Translations under genes and position numbers: made by a program
In this document: positions 54,227 through 62,046 of the stretch, one piece after another
How the letters are laid out: the number at the start of each line of letters is the position of its first letter
Position numbering within the stretch: position 1 is the first letter of the stretch
DNA from: Candidatus Saccharibacteria bacterium UBA6258
GTDB taxonomy: Bacteria; Patescibacteriota; Saccharimonadia; Saccharimonadales; Saccharimonadaceae
Assembly (NCBI GenBank): GCA_002441145.1
Contig: DJVK01000006.1
Coordinates: 41 to 64,040 of the forward strand
Reading direction: 5' to 3'
DNA length: 64,000 nucleotides
Notes under the pieces: model-generated
Told to the model about the DNA's origin: nothing
Databases searched by the model: none
What the model saw: only the letters and a program-made list of their open reading frames with translations

Positions 54227-56023
54227 GTGGAAGACGATACACGCGGGTGGAAAAAATTTGACAGAATCAAGCTTGACCGCAAGCAACTTGCTAAGCGTGT
54301 CAAAAAGGCAGAAGGTGCCACTCAACGCCATGCGCACCGATTCGTCATCCGACGTATTGATAACATTCGTCTAGTAACCCGCGAAATAACCGTATGGTTA
54401 CTGCTCGTCGGCGCAATGATTGCCGGGCTTGGCCTGCAACTGATGTGGGGGCAAGATAGCTACATGACCGAAGGTCGCCAGGACGGTGGAACCTACGTTG
54501 AAGGTGCGCTAGGTTCGATTGACACGCTGAACCCGCTGTTTGTTTCGACAAGTGCTGAAGCTTCGGTAAGTCGACTGATATTTTCTTCGCTCTACGACTA
54601 TGATACGACGGGCAGCATTCACCAAGACGTAGCGACAGGTATGAAAATCGACGCATCGGGGCAAGTGTACACCGTGACGATCCGCGATGATATTTCGTGG
54701 CACGATAACACGCCATTGACCTCAAAAGATATCGTTTACACGATTAACTTGATCAAAAATCCGCTCGTTCGTTCACCGCTACGCGTCAACTGGCTCGACG
54801 TATCAGCAAAGGCTATCGATAATGAAACTGTTGAATTTACACTGCCTGCAACATATGCGGCGTTCCCATATGCGTTAACGTTCCCGATCTTGCCAGAGCA
54901 CGTGTTAAAAACCGTTATGCCTGGTGCGGTGCGCGAAAGTACATTCAGTCGTAACCCTGTAGGGAGTGGACCGTTCAGCTTCCGCCGCTTGCAGTCTGCC
55001 GATGGCCTAAGTGCGCACAAGACAGTGCATTTGGTCGCTAGCCCCAGCTATTACGACGGCAAGCCAAAGTTAGACCGATTCGAAATTCACGCTTACGATA
55101 CAGAAGAGGCAATTATTCAAGCACTAAAATCGCGTGAGCTAAGTGGAGCTTCGGACATTTCGGTTAGCGCTTTCGACGATATTCCTAAGGGTGCTTATAA
55201 CGTAACCCCACAAGCTATTAATAGTGGTACATATCTGCTGCTCAACACGACAAACCCAATCCTCAAAGACGAGAAGGTACGCCAAGCTCTACAGGCAGCG
55301 ACTGATACGGTAGCTCTTCGTAAGGCACTGGGCGGACAAGTGTTGCCGCTTGACTTACCTGTACTAAACAGCCAGCTTAAGGGCGATGATGTTCCGCATC
55401 TCGGCCCTGTTGATGTCATGAAGGCTCAGGCATTATTAGATGAGGCTGGTTGGAAGATGTCGGGTAGCTACCGCGTAAAAGATCAGCAAACCTTGGAATT
55501 GACGATTACAACGACGAAAGATAAAGAGTATCAGTTATCTGCTGACATCGTAGCTAAACAGTGGCAGCGCATTGGCGTAAAGGTTAATCAAAAAAGCGTC
55601 GACACCACGACCGTGTCATCGACATTCGTCCAGGATACCTTGCAGGGGCGTAACTTTGATATATTGCTTTATGAACTGGCTATTGGTGCCGACCCCGACG
55701 TGTATGCATACTGGCACTCTTCACAAACAGGGCAGAGCGGATATAACTTCGCGAACTATAGTAATAAGACCGTCGATGCGACACTTTCTAGCGCGCGCTC
55801 ACGGCTAGAGCCAGAATTGCGTAACGCCAAATACAAGCAATTTGCAAAGCAATGGTTAGCGGACGCTCCGGGGATTGGTCTGTATCAGCCCGTCATGGTG
55901 TACGTATCGAATAAGAATGCTCAGACTGTCAAAGAAGGCTCGACACTCGTGTCTTCAGCAGATCGTTACGCCAATGTTCAGTACTGGACTATCGGGGGCG
56001 GCAAGGTTTACAAGACCCCTTAA
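54227..56023 (+). CDS. family-5 ABC substrate-binding protein (Opp/Dpp-like), TM-anchored, no transporter partners nearby
   Basis: Basic cytoplasmic N-terminus plus TM helix (VWLLLVGAMIAGLGLQL). SBP_bac_5-like body (SLYDYD..., ISWHDNTPLTSKDIVYT). GTG start. Confidence 0.85.
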   Translation: MEDDTRGWKKFDRIKLDRKQLAKRVKKAEGATQRHAHRFVIRRIDNIRLVTREITVWLLLVGAMIAGLGLQLMWGQDSYMTEGRQDGGTYVEGALGSIDTLNPLFVSTSAEASVSRLIFSSLYDYDTTGSIHQDVATGMKIDASGQVYTVTIRDDISWHDNTPLTSKDIVYTINLIKNPLVRSPLRVNWLDVSAKAIDNETVEFTLPATYAAFPYALTFPILPEHVLKTVMPGAVRESTFSRNPVGSGPFSFRRLQSADGLSAHKTVHLVASPSYYDGKPKLDRFEIHAYDTEEAIIQALKSRELSGASDISVSAFDDIPKGAYNVTPQAINSGTYLLLNTTNPILKDEKVRQALQAATDTVALRKALGGQVLPLDLPVLNSQLKGDDVPHLGPVDVMKAQALLDEAGWKMSGSYRVKDQQTLELTITTTKDKEYQLSADIVAKQWQRIGVKVNQKSVDTTTVSSTFVQDTLQGRNFDILLYELAIGADPDVYAYWHSSQTGQSGYNFANYSNKTVDATLSSARSRLEPELRNAKYKQFAKQWLADAPGIGLYQPVMVYVSNKNAQTVKEGSTLVSSADRYANVQYWTIGGGKVYKTP

Positions 56024-56061
56024 CTCAGGTATAATCAATTTCTGAGTTACGCTATACACAT

Positions 56062-56149
56062 GCGGTGGTGGCGGAATTGGTAGACGCGCTAGCTTGAGGG
56101 GCTAGTGGGCATTGCGCCCGTGGAGGTTCAAGTCCTCTTCACCGCACCA
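56062..56149 (+). tRNA. tRNA-Leu (anticodon GAG), long variable arm, CCA encoded
   Basis: Acceptor GCGGTGG/TCACCGC. Anticodon stem CTAGC/GCTAG with loop TTGAGGG. T-loop GGTTCAAGTCC. TATAAT at 56030-56035. Confidence 0.9.
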
Positions 56150-56160
56150 AAGAAACATCC
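56144..56160 (+). repeat. left copy of the direct repeat (tRNA-Leu-GAG 3' end)
   Basis: GCACCAAAGAAACATCC versus GCACCAAAGAAATAACC at 57245-57261 (15/17). Confidence 0.7.
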
Positions 56161-56483
56161 TTGGAGTGAGCGAGCTTAAAAAGCTCGTTGACCCCAGGGA
56201 TTTTTTCTATTTTCAATGGTTCCGCAATTGATTTCTGCGTAGCTTGGCGCCTAATCGAAGATTACGCCAAGTATCGGGCTCTTGGTATTGGACGACAGTG
56301 GTCAATAAGTAAATCTTTCATGTGTTCCACAAAGTATTTAAAGTATGTCAACAGATGCTCGACTGATCCTTATATTTCACTATGACGACCTCCATCATAA
56401 CCCCTGTAATTGACCTAAGCGGCTTATTATATTAGTATATTTAAGCCAGGGAGATACTCTGGCAGCTCATGTAAGGATTAGTG

Positions 56484-56834
56484 ATGAAGAATCTGAAGAA
56501 GAAAGTCATGGCGATCAGCGCCGCGGCCGTCTTGTCACTCGGCCTGTCCATGGCCGTCACCACTCCCGCCAACGCCTTCTCGACGATTGAGATGCACCAA
56601 GCGTGTCGACTCGACAACTTCGGCCACCATCAGGGTTCGATCCTCTGGACAGCCCAACTCACCTACCCGAGTCAGGGCGTGTACGGATGGCGCTGCTACT
56701 TCGACGACTCGCCGACAGCATGGTCGACCGCTCCGAAGTACGGCATGAAGGTTCAGCTCATCTGCGACTACATCTACGGAGGCTCCGCTCGGTTCACTAA
56801 CCAGAGCGACGCATACTCCTGGTACTGCGGCTGA
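56484..56834 (+). CDS. GC-rich small secreted protein with four Cys (116 aa precursor)
   Basis: AAGGA SD 6 nt before the ATG at 56484 (the track uses GTG 56481). Signal peptide ending TTPANA/FS. G/C-ending codons dominate. Confidence 0.75.
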   Translation: MKNLKKKVMAISAAAVLSLGLSMAVTTPANAFSTIEMHQACRLDNFGHHQGSILWTAQLTYPSQGVYGWRCYFDDSPTAWSTAPKYGMKVQLICDYIYGGSARFTNQSDAYSWYCG

Positions 56835-56848
56835 TCACATGAGCGCAA

Positions 56849-56874
56849 GCCCCGGTGTCGAAAGGCACCGGGGC
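56849..56874 (+). terminator. GC-rich hairpin terminator of the secreted-protein gene
   Basis: GCCCCGGTG-8 nt-CACCGGGGC. Confidence 0.6.
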
Positions 56875-56912
56875 GTCTCATATTTCATAATACTCATGCT
56901 ATAATTTGAAAT

Positions 56913-57197
56913 ATGAAAAGTAATTCCTCACAAAAACCGCAAATCAATACAAGTTCAACAGTTAGCTATATATTGCATGCAGTCTCCGTAGCAATGATTA
57001 TATTTTTAGTCTATAAGGTCAACTTATTAGAATATAGAGTTGAAACGATAAATAAAAAAGGAACTGAATTGAATATGCAGATGCTGCAGTTCAATGCACG
57101 CACAAATAACCTAAAAGGCTGCTGGCAAAATAACGACTACGAATGTCCGGAAAACAAATATTTTGACGGAAGTCGGTTTGTTGAAGGAAATAAATAG
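56913..57197 (+). CDS. AT-rich small membrane-anchored protein (94 aa)
   Basis: TATAAT 7 nt before the ATG. TM helix ILHAVSVAMIIFLVYKV. Cys pair CWQNNDYEC. Confidence 0.6.
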   Translation: MKSNSSQKPQINTSSTVSYILHAVSVAMIIFLVYKVNLLEYRVETINKKGTELNMQMLQFNARTNNLKGCWQNNDYECPENKYFDGSRFVEGNK

Positions 57198-57244
57198 ACC
57201 TTACCCGTTTGGGATAATCTGGTTCCACAATAGGTCGCAGAGGT

Positions 57245-57261
57245 GCACCAAAGAAATAACC
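57245..57261 (+). repeat. right copy of the tRNA-Leu(GAG) 3'-end repeat
   Basis: GCACCAAAGAAATAACC. Overlaps the left arm of the hairpin AGAAATAACC...GGTTATTTCT (57252-57286). Confidence 0.7.
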
Positions 57262-57288
57262 CGAGATGTTTTCTCAGGTTATTTCTTT
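57252..57288 (+). terminator. intrinsic terminator after the AT-rich gene
   Basis: 10-bp stem AGAAATAACC/GGTTATTTCT, then TT. Confidence 0.6.
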
Positions 57289-57337
57289 GTCGCATTAATA
57301 GAGTATTGTGCAGTAATCTGATATAATTTAATGCAAT

Positions 57338-57411
57338 GGCGCGTTGGCGGAGCGGTTACGCAGAGGTCTGCAAAACCTTGTAGACGGGTTCGACTCCCGT
57401 ACGTGCCTCCA
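57338..57411 (+). tRNA. tRNA-Cys (anticodon GCA), CCA encoded
   Basis: GGCGCGT...ACGTGCC acceptor, anticodon loop CTGCAAA, and T-arm ACGGGTTCGACTCCCGT. TATAAT at 57322-57327. Confidence 0.9.
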
Positions 57412-57437
57412 TGAATTAATGGAGCAATACAAAATTT

Positions 57438-57523
57438 GCGCGGATGGCGGAATTGGTAGACGCGAGGGACTTAAAATCCCTTGACCAAAAGTCGTGCGGG
57501 TTCGATTCCCGCTCTGCGCACCA
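57438..57523 (+). tRNA. tRNA-Leu (anticodon UAA), CCA encoded
   Basis: GCGCGGA...TCTGCGC acceptor, anticodon stem AGGGA/TCCCT with loop CTTAAAA, a long variable arm, and T-loop GGTTCGATTCC. Confidence 0.9.
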
Positions 57524-57528
57524 ACGAA

Positions 57529-57564
57529 AATGTCGAGGCTTGTCCTCGGCTTTTTCGTTGGTAT
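57529..57564 (+). repeat. 36-nt direct repeat, copy 1 (contains the tRNA-Leu-UAA terminator hairpin)
   Basis: AATGTCGAGGCTTGTCCTCGGCTTTTTCGTTGGTAT, identical at 57665-57700. Confidence 0.85.
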
Positions 57565-57577
57565 CGACGTAGTCGAA

Positions 57578-57634
57578 GGATCGAACCCGTCGCGGTTCGC
57601 TAATGCCCGGCCATTTATGGCGACGGCGCATTAT
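57578..57634. repeat. 57-nt structured element, copy 2
   Basis: See copy 1 at 389-445. The hairpin here is GCCA-TTTA-TGGC. Confidence 0.8.
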
Positions 57635-57664
57635 GTGAAACCTTCCCGCTTCTAGTGATATTGG

Positions 57665-57700
57665 AATGTCGAGGCTTGTCCTCGGCTTTTTCGTTGGTAT
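57665..57700 (+). repeat. 36-nt direct repeat, copy 2
   Basis: Perfect duplicate of 57529-57564. Confidence 0.85.
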
Positions 57701-57784
57701 GACAACCGAGCTTCTGTCGAGTTTTTGTCACAAAATTGCTATACTAATAGATACTAACATTGACTACGAAGGAATCTACACTTG

Positions 57785-58654
57785 ATGCAACGTGCAATTG
57801 CTGAGAATAAGCGAAATACCGCGATTATCATGGCCGTATTTGTCGGAATAATAGGGGCCATTGGTTGGATTGTCGCCTCGATTAACGGTAATACTTCGAT
57901 GATGTACGGCATCATTGCCGCCGCTGGTGCGTATGCGTTCGCTCAATACTTTTTTGCCGACAAGCTTGCGCTGATGGCAACAGGCGCAAAGCCAATTACT
58001 CAGCAAGATAATCCTCGACTTTATGATATGATCGCCGATCTTGCAAGGCGCACGAATAGCCCTATGCCCAAGGTCTACATGATTGATGATCCAGCACCTA
58101 ACGCATTCGCCACAGGTCGCGACCCAAAGCATGCAGTTGTAGCAGCAACAACGGGCATTATGGAAGTAATGGACGACCGTCAACTTAAAGCGGTACTGGC
58201 GCACGAAATGGGGCATGTACGTAATTATGATATCCGCGTGATGATGATTGCGTTCGGGCTCGTGAGCGTCATTGGTATTCTTTCTGATTTTGCTTTGCGT
58301 ATGTTTATCTGGGGTCGCGATTCTGACGAAGAGGTCAACCCGCTTGCATTAGCAATCGGTGGCGTTCTGGTGGTAGCAGCGCCTTTTGTAGCGATGCTAA
58401 TCCAGCTTGCGATTAGTCGCCAGCGTGAATATCTGGCAGACGCTACGGGTGCCGAGACAACACACGATCCCGAGGGGTTGGCGCAAGCACTGCAAAAGTT
58501 GCTTGAATTTGGGCGCCCACTGCAGCGACAAAGCAGCACGACCGCACATCTATTCATATCTAACCCATTGCGCGCCGGAGTGGTCGCGAAACTATTTAGT
58601 ACGCACCCGCCATTAGAGTTGCGAATTGCGCGATTGCGCGGAGAGAGTAAATAA
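57785..58654 (+). CDS. htpX: zinc metalloprotease HtpX (M48)
   Basis: HEMGHVRNYD; TM helices. The track starts at TTG 57782; an ATG follows at 57785. Confidence 0.92.
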   Translation: MQRAIAENKRNTAIIMAVFVGIIGAIGWIVASINGNTSMMYGIIAAAGAYAFAQYFFADKLALMATGAKPITQQDNPRLYDMIADLARRTNSPMPKVYMIDDPAPNAFATGRDPKHAVVAATTGIMEVMDDRQLKAVLAHEMGHVRNYDIRVMMIAFGLVSVIGILSDFALRMFIWGRDSDEEVNPLALAIGGVLVVAAPFVAMLIQLAISRQREYLADATGAETTHDPEGLAQALQKLLEFGRPLQRQSSTTAHLFISNPLRAGVVAKLFSTHPPLELRIARLRGESK

Positions 58655-58655
58655 T

Positions 58656-59792
58656 ATGCCATCAAAAAAAGCTCCACGTAAAGCTGCCGTCAAAACGGTT
58701 AAATCGAAGACCGTAAAAAAAGCGCAGTCAGCCGAGCCGGCATGGTCTATTCGTGGTCCAGTAGCAATGGTCGCAATGATGAAAATTAGAACAATACGTA
58801 AACGCATGAGCGTTCGATACGCATCGTTTATGGCACGTCGGCCGCATCGCAGTTTTCAGACGACGCGACGCCGCGACTATGTACGTTCACTTAAGCTACC
58901 TGGATACATCGCATTCACTGCGCATGTAAACGGCATACTAAAAAAGCACAAAAAGCTGTTCATCACTTTAGTCGTGTTCTACGCTGTCGTTATGTTGTTA
59001 TTAGGTGGAGTAACGAGCCAAGAGACGTATAGCCAAATTAACGACTTGGTCAAAGAATCAAGTGGCGAGGTTATGACAGGCGCGTGGGGTAAGGTCGGTG
59101 AAGCGGGACTATTGCTTGTATCGGCGTTTGCTGGCGGCCCCGGCACGTTGACTGTTGATCAGCAGATATACTTATCATTTTTGCTGTTGCTCGTATGGTT
59201 GACTGCCGTATGGCTGTTGCGCGAACTGTTCGCTGGCAGGTCGCCGCGACTTCGCGATGGTTTGTATAATGCCGGCGCGCCAATCGTTTCGACGCTAGCG
59301 GTACTTGTGCTGCTCATCGTACAATTACTGCCTATCGGCCTACTTGCGCTTATTTACCCCGGGTTTCTTTCGACAGGGTTGATTACCGAAGGGTTCGGCT
59401 CGATGCTCTTCTATTTGACGGCAGCCGCGGTCGGGACGCTGGTCTTGTATTGGGCAACTAGTACGCTTTTGGCGCTCGTAATCATTACGCTGCCAGGCAT
59501 GTACCCAATGAACGCATTGCGAGCTGCGGGTGATCTTGTTGTCGGGCGACGATTGCGGGTATTGTATCGATTCTTGTGGGCGCTCCTAATGATAGTTCTA
59601 GCATGGGCGGTGATAGTTATACCTCTCGTCCTTTTGGATACGCTGATAAAAGACACATGGCCAAACATTGCAGGATTGCCAGTAATGCCTGTTGTAGTCG
59701 CATTCATGAGCGCTGCGACGACTGTATGGTTTTCTAGCTACGTGTACATCCTCTATAGGAGAATTGTCGATGACGATGCAAAACCTGCCTGA
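58656..59792 (+). CDS. polytopic membrane protein with a Lys/Arg-rich N-terminus, unknown function
   Basis: The ATG at 58656 lies 1 nt after the htpX stop (MPSKKAPRKAAVKT). At least 6 hydrophobic helices. Confidence 0.7.
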   Translation: MPSKKAPRKAAVKTVKSKTVKKAQSAEPAWSIRGPVAMVAMMKIRTIRKRMSVRYASFMARRPHRSFQTTRRRDYVRSLKLPGYIAFTAHVNGILKKHKKLFITLVVFYAVVMLLLGGVTSQETYSQINDLVKESSGEVMTGAWGKVGEAGLLLVSAFAGGPGTLTVDQQIYLSFLLLLVWLTAVWLLRELFAGRSPRLRDGLYNAGAPIVSTLAVLVLLIVQLLPIGLLALIYPGFLSTGLITEGFGSMLFYLTAAAVGTLVLYWATSTLLALVIITLPGMYPMNALRAAGDLVVGRRLRVLYRFLWALLMIVLAWAVIVIPLVLLDTLIKDTWPNIAGLPVMPVVVAFMSAATTVWFSSYVYILYRRIVDDDAKPA

Positions 59793-61803
59793 TAGAAACG
59801 CCGCACAAGAGCGTATTGCTAAGTTGCGAGACATCATCAACGAATACAGGTATCACTATCATGTTCTTGATGAATCGATTATGAGTGAATCTGCTGCTGA
59901 CAGTTTAAAGCACGAACTTTCCCAGTTAGAAGAAGCCTACCCGGATCTTATTACGCGAGATAGCCCGACGCAACGTGTCGCGGGCGTAGCGCTCGATAAA
60001 TTTAAAAAGATTGCGCATCTTACGCCGATGATTAGCCTGCAAGATGTCTTTAATCGTGAAGAAGTCGAAGCATGGGTGCGGCGAACGGATAAATTATTAC
60101 CTGCAAAATCAGACGAATTCTTTTGTGACGTAAAAATGGACGGATTGGCTTGTGCTCTGACTTACCAAGACGGGGTACTCTTACAAGCAGTCACGCGAGG
60201 CGATAGTAGGATAGGCGAGGACGTCACTCAGAATGTTCGTACGATTCGTAATGTGCCACTACGTCTACGATCCGCGCCAGGCTTTGAACATTTTTTGGTT
60301 GGTCGTGCTGAGATTCGTGGTGAAATAATCATGACTAAAAAAGAATTCGCCGCACTGAATGAGCGTCAGCGAGTTGCGGGCAAGCCAGAATTTGCGAATC
60401 CCCGAAATCTTGCAGCCGGTACCATTCGACAACTTGACGCACGATTAGTCGCAGAACGACCACTTAGTTTTGTCGGTTATGACTTATTGCGTGATGACGC
60501 AGATGATGTGCCAACATACGGATATGCATATGATGCTATGCGTAACTTAGGAATTACCGCCAATGTTCATGCACGGGTTGTGAAGGGCGTGCATGATGTA
60601 ATGGAGTTCGTTGATGCGTGGGATGCAAAACGCGATACGCTGCCATTCAATACTGACGGAGCGGTTATCAAAGTCAACGACCGCACGCGCTATCACGAGC
60701 TTGGCGTCGTCGGTAAAACTCCACGCGGGGCCGTAGCATACAAATATGCCGCCGAAGAAGCAACGACGGTGGTCAAAGATATCGTCATATCGATCGGTAG
60801 GACGGGCGCAGCGACGCCGGTTGCTGTATTTGACCCGGTACAGGTCGCTGGCACGACTGTGCAGCATGCGAGCTTACACAATGCCGACGAGATTGCTCGC
60901 TTGGATGTCAGGATTGGCGACACGGTTATTATTTACAAAGCCGGTGATATTATTCCTCAGGTAGAGCGTGTCCTTATTGATTTGCGGCCAAAAGACGCCA
61001 AGAAGATTGCTTACGAAGACGAGCTAGCGCGTCAATACCCAGAACTAGAGTTTGAACGACCTGAAGGTGAAGTTGTCTATCGCGTGAAAGGACTAACTGG
61101 TCCGATTATCCTCAAGCGAACCTTGCAACATTTTGCGAGCAAGGGCGCGTTGGATATCGATACGTTAGGTGAAAAGAATGTCGAAGCACTCGTCGATGCC
61201 GGGCTCGTTAATGATATCGCCGACATTTATACGCTTAACGCAGAACAGCTAATAGCATTGGATCGCTTTGCTGAACTTTCGGCAAAGAAACTTGTTGATG
61301 CAATCGATCAAAAACGAACCCCGCCGTTGGAACGATTTGTATTCGGCCTCGGTATTCGCCATGTCGGTATCCAGACAGCTATCGATCTTGTTAAGACATT
61401 TAAATCACTCCGAGCGTTAGCTCATGCGACGATTGACGAACTTAAATCAATCGAAGGCGTCGGTACTGTCGTTGCCGAAAGTGTTGCCGCTTGGTTTGCA
61501 GATGAAGATAACCTTGCGATGCTAGACAAGTTTGCTGCACTCGGCGTACGCCCGCACTACGAAGCAGCGACCGGTAAGCTTGCAGATACGAAGTTTGTCA
61601 TTACAGGTAGCCTTGAATCTATGAGCCGCGACGAAGCTGCCGATAAAATTCGCGCACTTGGCGGTGTATTCCAATCAAGCATTGGCAAAGATACAAACTA
61701 TCTTATTGCTGGTAGTAAGGTTGGTGCGAGTAAGCTCGCTAAGGCTCAAAAGAATGGTACGACCGTCATTGATGAGCGACAATTACTGGAGATGCTGAGA
61801 TGA
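59770..61803 (+). CDS. ligA: NAD-dependent DNA ligase
   Basis: KMDG adenylation site (CDVKMDGLA), OB/Zn/HhH/BRCT order. AGGAG 8 nt before the ATG at 59770. The track start is TTG 59764. Confidence 0.95.
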   Translation: MTMQNLPDRNAAQERIAKLRDIINEYRYHYHVLDESIMSESAADSLKHELSQLEEAYPDLITRDSPTQRVAGVALDKFKKIAHLTPMISLQDVFNREEVEAWVRRTDKLLPAKSDEFFCDVKMDGLACALTYQDGVLLQAVTRGDSRIGEDVTQNVRTIRNVPLRLRSAPGFEHFLVGRAEIRGEIIMTKKEFAALNERQRVAGKPEFANPRNLAAGTIRQLDARLVAERPLSFVGYDLLRDDADDVPTYGYAYDAMRNLGITANVHARVVKGVHDVMEFVDAWDAKRDTLPFNTDGAVIKVNDRTRYHELGVVGKTPRGAVAYKYAAEEATTVVKDIVISIGRTGAATPVAVFDPVQVAGTTVQHASLHNADEIARLDVRIGDTVIIYKAGDIIPQVERVLIDLRPKDAKKIAYEDELARQYPELEFERPEGEVVYRVKGLTGPIILKRTLQHFASKGALDIDTLGEKNVEALVDAGLVNDIADIYTLNAEQLIALDRFAELSAKKLVDAIDQKRTPPLERFVFGLGIRHVGIQTAIDLVKTFKSLRALAHATIDELKSIEGVGTVVAESVAAWFADEDNLAMLDKFAALGVRPHYEAATGKLADTKFVITGSLESMSRDEAADKIRALGGVFQSSIGKDTNYLIAGSKVGASKLAKAQKNGTTVIDERQLLEMLR

Positions 61804-62045
61804 CGCACGAGCGCCCACAAGCAACCGAAAGCGAGACTATTGCCGGGCTCTATAAGCATCATAAGGGCGCTGAATATACGGTGCTCGGCACCGGTACGCA
61901 TACTGAGACTCACGAAGAATTTGTAGTGTATAGATCCGATGATATGCCTGAGGACGAATTTCATATACGTCCGAAAGCAATGTTTTTTGATCAAGTCGCA
62001 AAAGAGGGAATCACCAAATTGCGCTTTAAAAAGAAAGATGAATAA
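61800..62045 (+). CDS. DUF1653-family small protein
   Basis: YKHHKGAEYTVLGTGTHTETHEEFVVYRS...IRPKAMF. ATGA overlap with ligA. Confidence 0.75.
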   Translation: MTHERPQATESETIAGLYKHHKGAEYTVLGTGTHTETHEEFVVYRSDDMPEDEFHIRPKAMFFDQVAKEGITKLRFKKKDE

Positions 62046-62046
62046 T

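Larger units (their letters stand above)
56150..57244. mobile_element. degraded tRNA-associated integrated islet (~1.1 kb, no integrase left)
   Basis: Bounded by the 15/17 repeat that includes the tRNA 3' terminus. Mosaic composition: hand counts give 41/60 G+C at 56521-56580 and 20/60 at 56941-57000. A 330-nt non-coding stretch with only broken short ORFs lies at its left end. Confidence 0.4.

Noticed and set aside
56188-56385. 65-aa plus-strand ORF (TTG start) in the left part of the tRNA-Leu(GAG) islet, and short minus-strand ORFs there.
   Set aside because: There is no SD or -10 in a suitable position and no recognisable domain. The minus strand shows only 16-19-codon fragments. I treat the region as decayed non-coding remnant.
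446-57577. The idea that the two 57-nt element copies delimit a ~57-kb island.
   Set aside because: The interval is filled with single-copy core genes (pyk, pgk, tpiA, metG, alaS, uvrA, uvrC, obg, secG and others) in operon-like order. The two copies are better explained as independent tRNA-proximal insertions or genes.
57416-57631. 71-aa minus-strand ORF from the track.
   Set aside because: It lies antisense across tRNA-Leu(UAA), its terminator and the 57-nt element, and it has no SD or promoter.
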